From: Hypanus sabinus
Lineage: Eukaryota
DNA length: 64,000 nucleotides
NCBI RefSeq assembly: GCF_030144855.1
Contig: NC_082707.1
Coordinates: 167,586,001-167,650,000, forward strand
Reading direction: 5' to 3'
Positions 61,651 to 64,000 of the stretch are shown here, one piece after another. Position numbers and translations under genes: made by a program. Positions within the stretch are counted from its first letter, which is position 1. Each line of letters begins with the position of its first letter. The notes beneath the pieces are model-generated. The model did not search any database and was not told the DNA's origin. It was given only the letters and a program-made list of their open reading frames with translations.

Positions 61651-62297
61651 ACCATAAGACATAGGAGCAGATTTAAACCATCTGGCCCATCGAGTCTGCT
61701 CTGCCATTCAATCATGGCTGATCCCTCTTTACCATCTCCTCCTCAACACCAGTTCCCAGCCTTCTCCCCGTAACCTTTGATGCCATGTTCAATCAAGAAC
61801 CTATCAATCTCTGCCTTAAATACACCCAATGACTTGGCCTCCACAACTGCATGTGGCAACAAATTCGACAAATTCATCACCCTTGGCTAAAGAAATTTCT
61901 CTGCATCTCTGTTTTGAAAAGATGCCCCTCTATCCTGAGGATGTGCCCTTTTGTCCTAGACTCTCACACCATGGGAAACATCCTTTCAACATTCAAAAGG
62001 TATCAATGAGATCCTGCCTCTTCCTTCTGAATTCCAGCAAGTACAGACCCAGAGCCATCAAACGTTCCTCATATGATAACCTTTTAATTCCTGGAATCAT
62101 CCTTGTGAACCTCCTCTGGGCCCTCTCTAATGTCAGCACATCTTTTCTAAGATGAGGGGCCCAAAATTGTTCACAATACTCAAGGTGAGGCCTTACCAGT
62201 GCCTAATAAAGCCTCAGCATCACATCCCTTGTATTCTAGACCTCTTGAAATAAATGCTAACGTGGCATTTGCCTTCCTCACCACTGACTCAACTTGC
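61651..62297 (-). mobile_element. CR1 3' fragment
   Basis: Same family as 16990-17596 and 42385-43160, with a tcttatgg tail. Confidence 0.88.
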
Positions 62298-62309
62298 AAT
62301 ACTTCGATA

Positions 62310-62400
62310 CTCGCGGTTAGCGCATCACTTTACAACGCCAACTGTAAGAGTGGGATTCAATTCCCACTGCTCTCTGTAAGGAGTTTGTACGTTCTCCCAT
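62310..62400 (+). mobile_element. V-SINE head fragment
   Basis: cgcggttagcg..gggattcaattccc..ctgtaaggagtttgtacgttctccc. Confidence 0.6.
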
Positions 62401-62509
62401 CTTCCAAAACCAATTGCCCATTTCAATCCTCATCAATTTGATTTGACGCAAATGACACATTTCACTGCATGCTTTCATGTACATTTGACAAATAAAGCTA
62501 ATCTTTATT

Positions 62510-63250
62510 TCAGAAGTACCAAGACTTCTGGCTGCTCACCCTTGCTCTTGAGAATGGCATGGACACAATCCCAGACATCCCTGATCATGGCACCAGGGAG
62601 GCAACATACCATCTGGGTGTCTCTATTGTGCCCACAGAAGCTCGTCTTTGTTCCTCTGACTGAGGAATCCCCTATCAACACTTCACCACTCTGCCCTTCT
62701 GGTCACTGTGCTCCCTCCGGTAGGTCATTGCCCTCAATAGTATCTGAAGTTATATACTTACTATTGAGGGAAAAGGTCACAGGTGTACTCTGCACTGGCT
62801 GTACATTTACCCTCTTTCTCCTGACAGTCATCCATTTTCCTGTCTCCTGCAACCTCCCTGTAGCTCCTGTCTATCACCTCCTCAGTCTCCCATATGAGTT
62901 GAAGGTCATCGAGCTGCAGCTCCAGTTCCTTAATATGTTCTCTCAGGAGCTGGATCGGATGTGTTTATCCAGGAGACCCAGACTTACCACATCCCACACA
63001 CAGTATAGAACATTCTGCCCCTGGAGCCATTCCTACTAATCTATTACGCCCTAACAGATGAAGAATGAACAAATACAGAGAGAAAGAGAGTAACTCACAA
63101 GACAATTTACCTCACTCAAACCTGATCTTGCCTAAGCCTGATGAGCCAGTCGCTCCAAACATTGGCACACTCACAAGAATGGCCACTCCGCTTGCACTAG
63201 GATTATTCTTATTGGCCCCTTCTAATGAATCCCTCTTGCTGATTGGTCAG
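62510..63250 (-). mobile_element. CR1 5' region (5' UTR and ORF1 remnant)
   Basis: Minus-strand 'IKELELQLDDLQLI' coiled coil and 'MVCCLPGA' esterase remnant. Confidence 0.7.
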
Positions 63251-63261
63251 AACTTGAGGAA

Positions 63262-64000
63262 GATCAATATCCTTGCAGGCAGGTTGGCTCGAGTCGTTCG
63301 GGTGGGTTTAAACTAATTTGCCATTGGGATGGGAACCAGAGTGACAGTGCTGAGGACGAGGTAGATGGTTTACAAACAGAGGCAATGTGTAACGAGAGTC
63401 TTAGCAAGGAGAGACTGACGATAGGGCAAAATTGCAGTCAACAGGATGAATTGCAAGTTGCAATGTAAAAGGCAGATAAAATCGAAAAGGGTGAATACAG
63501 GACTGAAGGTGTTATGCTTGAAAGTGCACAGTAGAAGGAATGACATAGATGAACTTGTAGCGCAGTTACAAATTAGCAAGTATGATATTGTAGGCATCAC
63601 TAAATCGTGGCTAAAAGAAGATTATAGCTAGGAGCTTAATGTCCGAGGCACACATTATATTGCAAGAAGGCAGAGGGGTGGCCTGGCTCTGTTGGTAAAA
63701 AATGAAAGTAAATCTTTAGAAAGAGGTGACATAGGTGTTGAATCTTTGCGGGTAGAGCTAAGGAACTGCAAGGGTAAAAAGACCCTGATGGGAGTTATAT
63801 ACGGATTCCCAAACAGGAGAAAGAATGTGGTCTGCAGGTTACAACAGGAGATAGAAAATGCAAGCCAAAAGGGCAATAGTCATGGGGGATTTCAACATGC
63901 AGGCAGATCGGGAAAATCAGGTTGGTGTGGCATTCCAAGATGGGGAGTGCCTCTTCTAGAATGCCTACCAGATGGCTTTTTAAGAGCAGCTATCCTGGAT
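63262..64000 (+). mobile_element. CR1 ORF1 end and endonuclease start, running off the window
   Basis: 'NILAGRLARVV', 'YDIVGITKSWL', GRGGGLALLVK and MGDFNM. Confidence 0.85.

Noticed and set aside
62443-63039. 198-aa plus-strand ORF
   Set aside because: Mostly antisense to a CR1 ORF1 remnant, with no independent coding signal.

Overview
Eukaryotic (vertebrate) non-genic DNA, dominated by decayed and nested transposable elements. The repeat inventory (CR1/HER1-type LINEs with an esterase ORF1, HE1-like V-SINEs, SacSINE/Deu-type SINEs, Rex1/Babar, Penelope) suggests a cartilaginous fish, probably a ray or skate; this is inference. I recognise no intact host gene. Essentially every recognisable ORF in the track is a frameshifted TE fragment. 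Main contents: many CR1 fragments on both strands; Rex1 copies; four Gypsy-type LTR retroelement remnants (a gag-only PNMA-like element with both LTRs at 3067-5309, a chromovirus with a fold-back at 8717-11465, a K02A2.6/Mag-like 5' half at 33771-35722, and a TSD-bounded element at 40058-43362); two solo LTRs; a Penelope GIY-YIG 3' end plus several terminal-repeat fragments carrying minimal hammerhead ribozyme motifs; a palindromic mariner MITE with nested TIRs (44621-45096); ancient Deu-, V- and Meta-domain SINEs; a 140-N gap; and a ~5.8-kb array of a 25-bp minisatellite with higher-order structure (55031-60808). The most notable observations are the hammerhead-bearing Penelope termini, the structured G-rich minisatellite, the nested-TIR MITE, and recurrent fold-back and templated-insertion structures. 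Family names come from motif recognition by eye, not from database searches, and boundaries of decayed elements are approximate.
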